Positions 62,927 to 64,000 of a stretch of 64,000 bases of DNA are shown here, one piece after another. Within the stretch, counting starts at the first letter, position 1. The number at the start of each line of letters is the position of its first letter. This stretch comes from Leucoraja ocellata. Taxonomy: Eukaryota. Under the pieces are notes generated by a model. The model worked only from the letters and a program-made list of their open reading frames with translations, was not told where the DNA came from and ran no database searches. The DNA lies in the NCBI GenBank assembly GCA_036785375.1, contig JAWMAR010000145.1:4836001-4900000 (forward strand). The letters are read 5' to 3'. The position numbers and the translations under genes were made by a program.

Positions 62927-64000
62927 GAATCCATTCGGCCCACAAAGTCCACACTAGCCATCTGGAAACCAGTCCCCCCACCCCCACTGGCTACCAATAT
63001 TGGAATTGGTGGAGAGGTGGAATATTGCGTTGGAGGACCAGCCCTCCTGTGTGAACATGGGACCCAATGGGTCCCACTTAGTCTAGTATACTATATACGG
63101 CTGTTCCACAGTAAGGAGCCAGTTTCATTACTTCACTCAATCCATCTTAAACTGTTCTAAATTCAGGAATATTGTAAGATCGGATGTGTACTTTCTTCTC
63201 ATTCTATTTGATATTGATGATCACTAAACATGCCCAGAAATTTGATCTGATGTCCTGTAATATGTAAATTGAGAAATATCTGTCTCTCATGGGATAATTG
63301 AACATAAACGCAATAGAGAAGATTGCACGGAAGATCTGATCCTATTTCATTAGTTTTTGAGCTTTAACAGACTTGCATTTTTGGAAAATCTTTTTGACAA
63401 GCAATCCTTTTGTTTGCTGCGAGAGCAGAGCCAAAAGATCAGTTAACAATTTATATTACAATGTCTCTTTTGTAAGTGATTCAGAGAGACAGTTTAATGG
63501 GAATTATGTCACTTATGCTTTTGGAAAGCAAGTAAATAAAAGTTTGCATGGCACATTTGTACAAGGATAGTGGCCCTTTAAATATCTGCCTGTTTAAAAT
63601 TAAACAAGCAAACATGGCAGTGGAGTAACATTCAGATTCACATAAAAAAGAATCAAATAACTGGTTCAACAGAATAAACGAACAAATGGGAGAAATCTAA
63701 AATGGTCATTTTTCTTTCGATCTCTGAACAGCTAAGTCAGTGATAATCTTTCAGTCCTGTCAGAATTGATTGAAAGATAATGCAAGATTTTTTTTCTGCC
63801 ACAATTTACTGCATGTATCCATTAGGAATAATTATGGCTGCATGATTTTGCTGGCTTTTATCTTTACAAGTGTTACTAATGGTTTTATCAATTACTCCCT
63901 GTCCAATAACTGCATGGTTGTAACTTAATTTAAAGACTCTCTATCAGCAGACTGATTTGTGTAGTAAATGACTGCATTTGAGGCACCAGCCTGTACACAT

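Larger units (their letters stand above)
57764..63086 (+). mobile_element. Non-autonomous Helitron (about 1.0 kb once the DIRS insert is removed)
   Basis: A|TCTATATAAC 5' end; hairpin TGGGACCCA-A-TGGGTCCCA (63058-63076) then CTAG|T 3' end; no TSD; internal minisatellites. Confidence 0.85.

Noticed and set aside
62650-62997. 115-aa ORF with SLRAGGLAAQ repeats
   Set aside because: By-product of a 30-bp minisatellite
777-63669. Remaining 60-130 aa ORFs in the track
   Set aside because: Antisense or off-frame reads of repeats, or chance ORFs without motifs

Overview
Repeat-dense, AT-rich vertebrate genomic DNA, almost certainly from an elasmobranch (skate, ray or shark). This is inferred from the HE1-type V-SINEs that share 3' tails with CR1/HER1-type LINEs. 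No host protein-coding exon could be supported, so the window is intergenic or lies inside a large intron. Contents: (i) a near-intact full-length CR1 LINE at about 7.56-12.0 kb, plus many CR1 3' fragments; (ii) Rex1/Babar LINE fragments; (iii) a Penelope-like GIY-YIG fragment and about 15 short Penelope-derived inserts carrying a minimal hammerhead ribozyme motif; (iv) a Vingi/Ingi-like LINE end and a 146-bp (GAA)n-tailed element whose 5' end folds as an HDV-like ribozyme; (v) a complete but decayed DIRS1-type tyrosine-recombinase retrotransposon inside a non-autonomous Helitron; (vi) Harbinger-, hAT- and Tigger-like MITEs and SINEs. Most interesting signals: a U_UUA_AAC slippery heptamer in exact -1 phase at the CR1 ORF1/ORF2 junction, the HDV-like ribozyme fold starting exactly at an insertion boundary, hammerhead-anchored palindromic retro-inserts, and a readable recombinase crossover footprint at the DIRS ends. 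Family names come from motif recognition, not database searches, and boundaries of old repeats are approximate.
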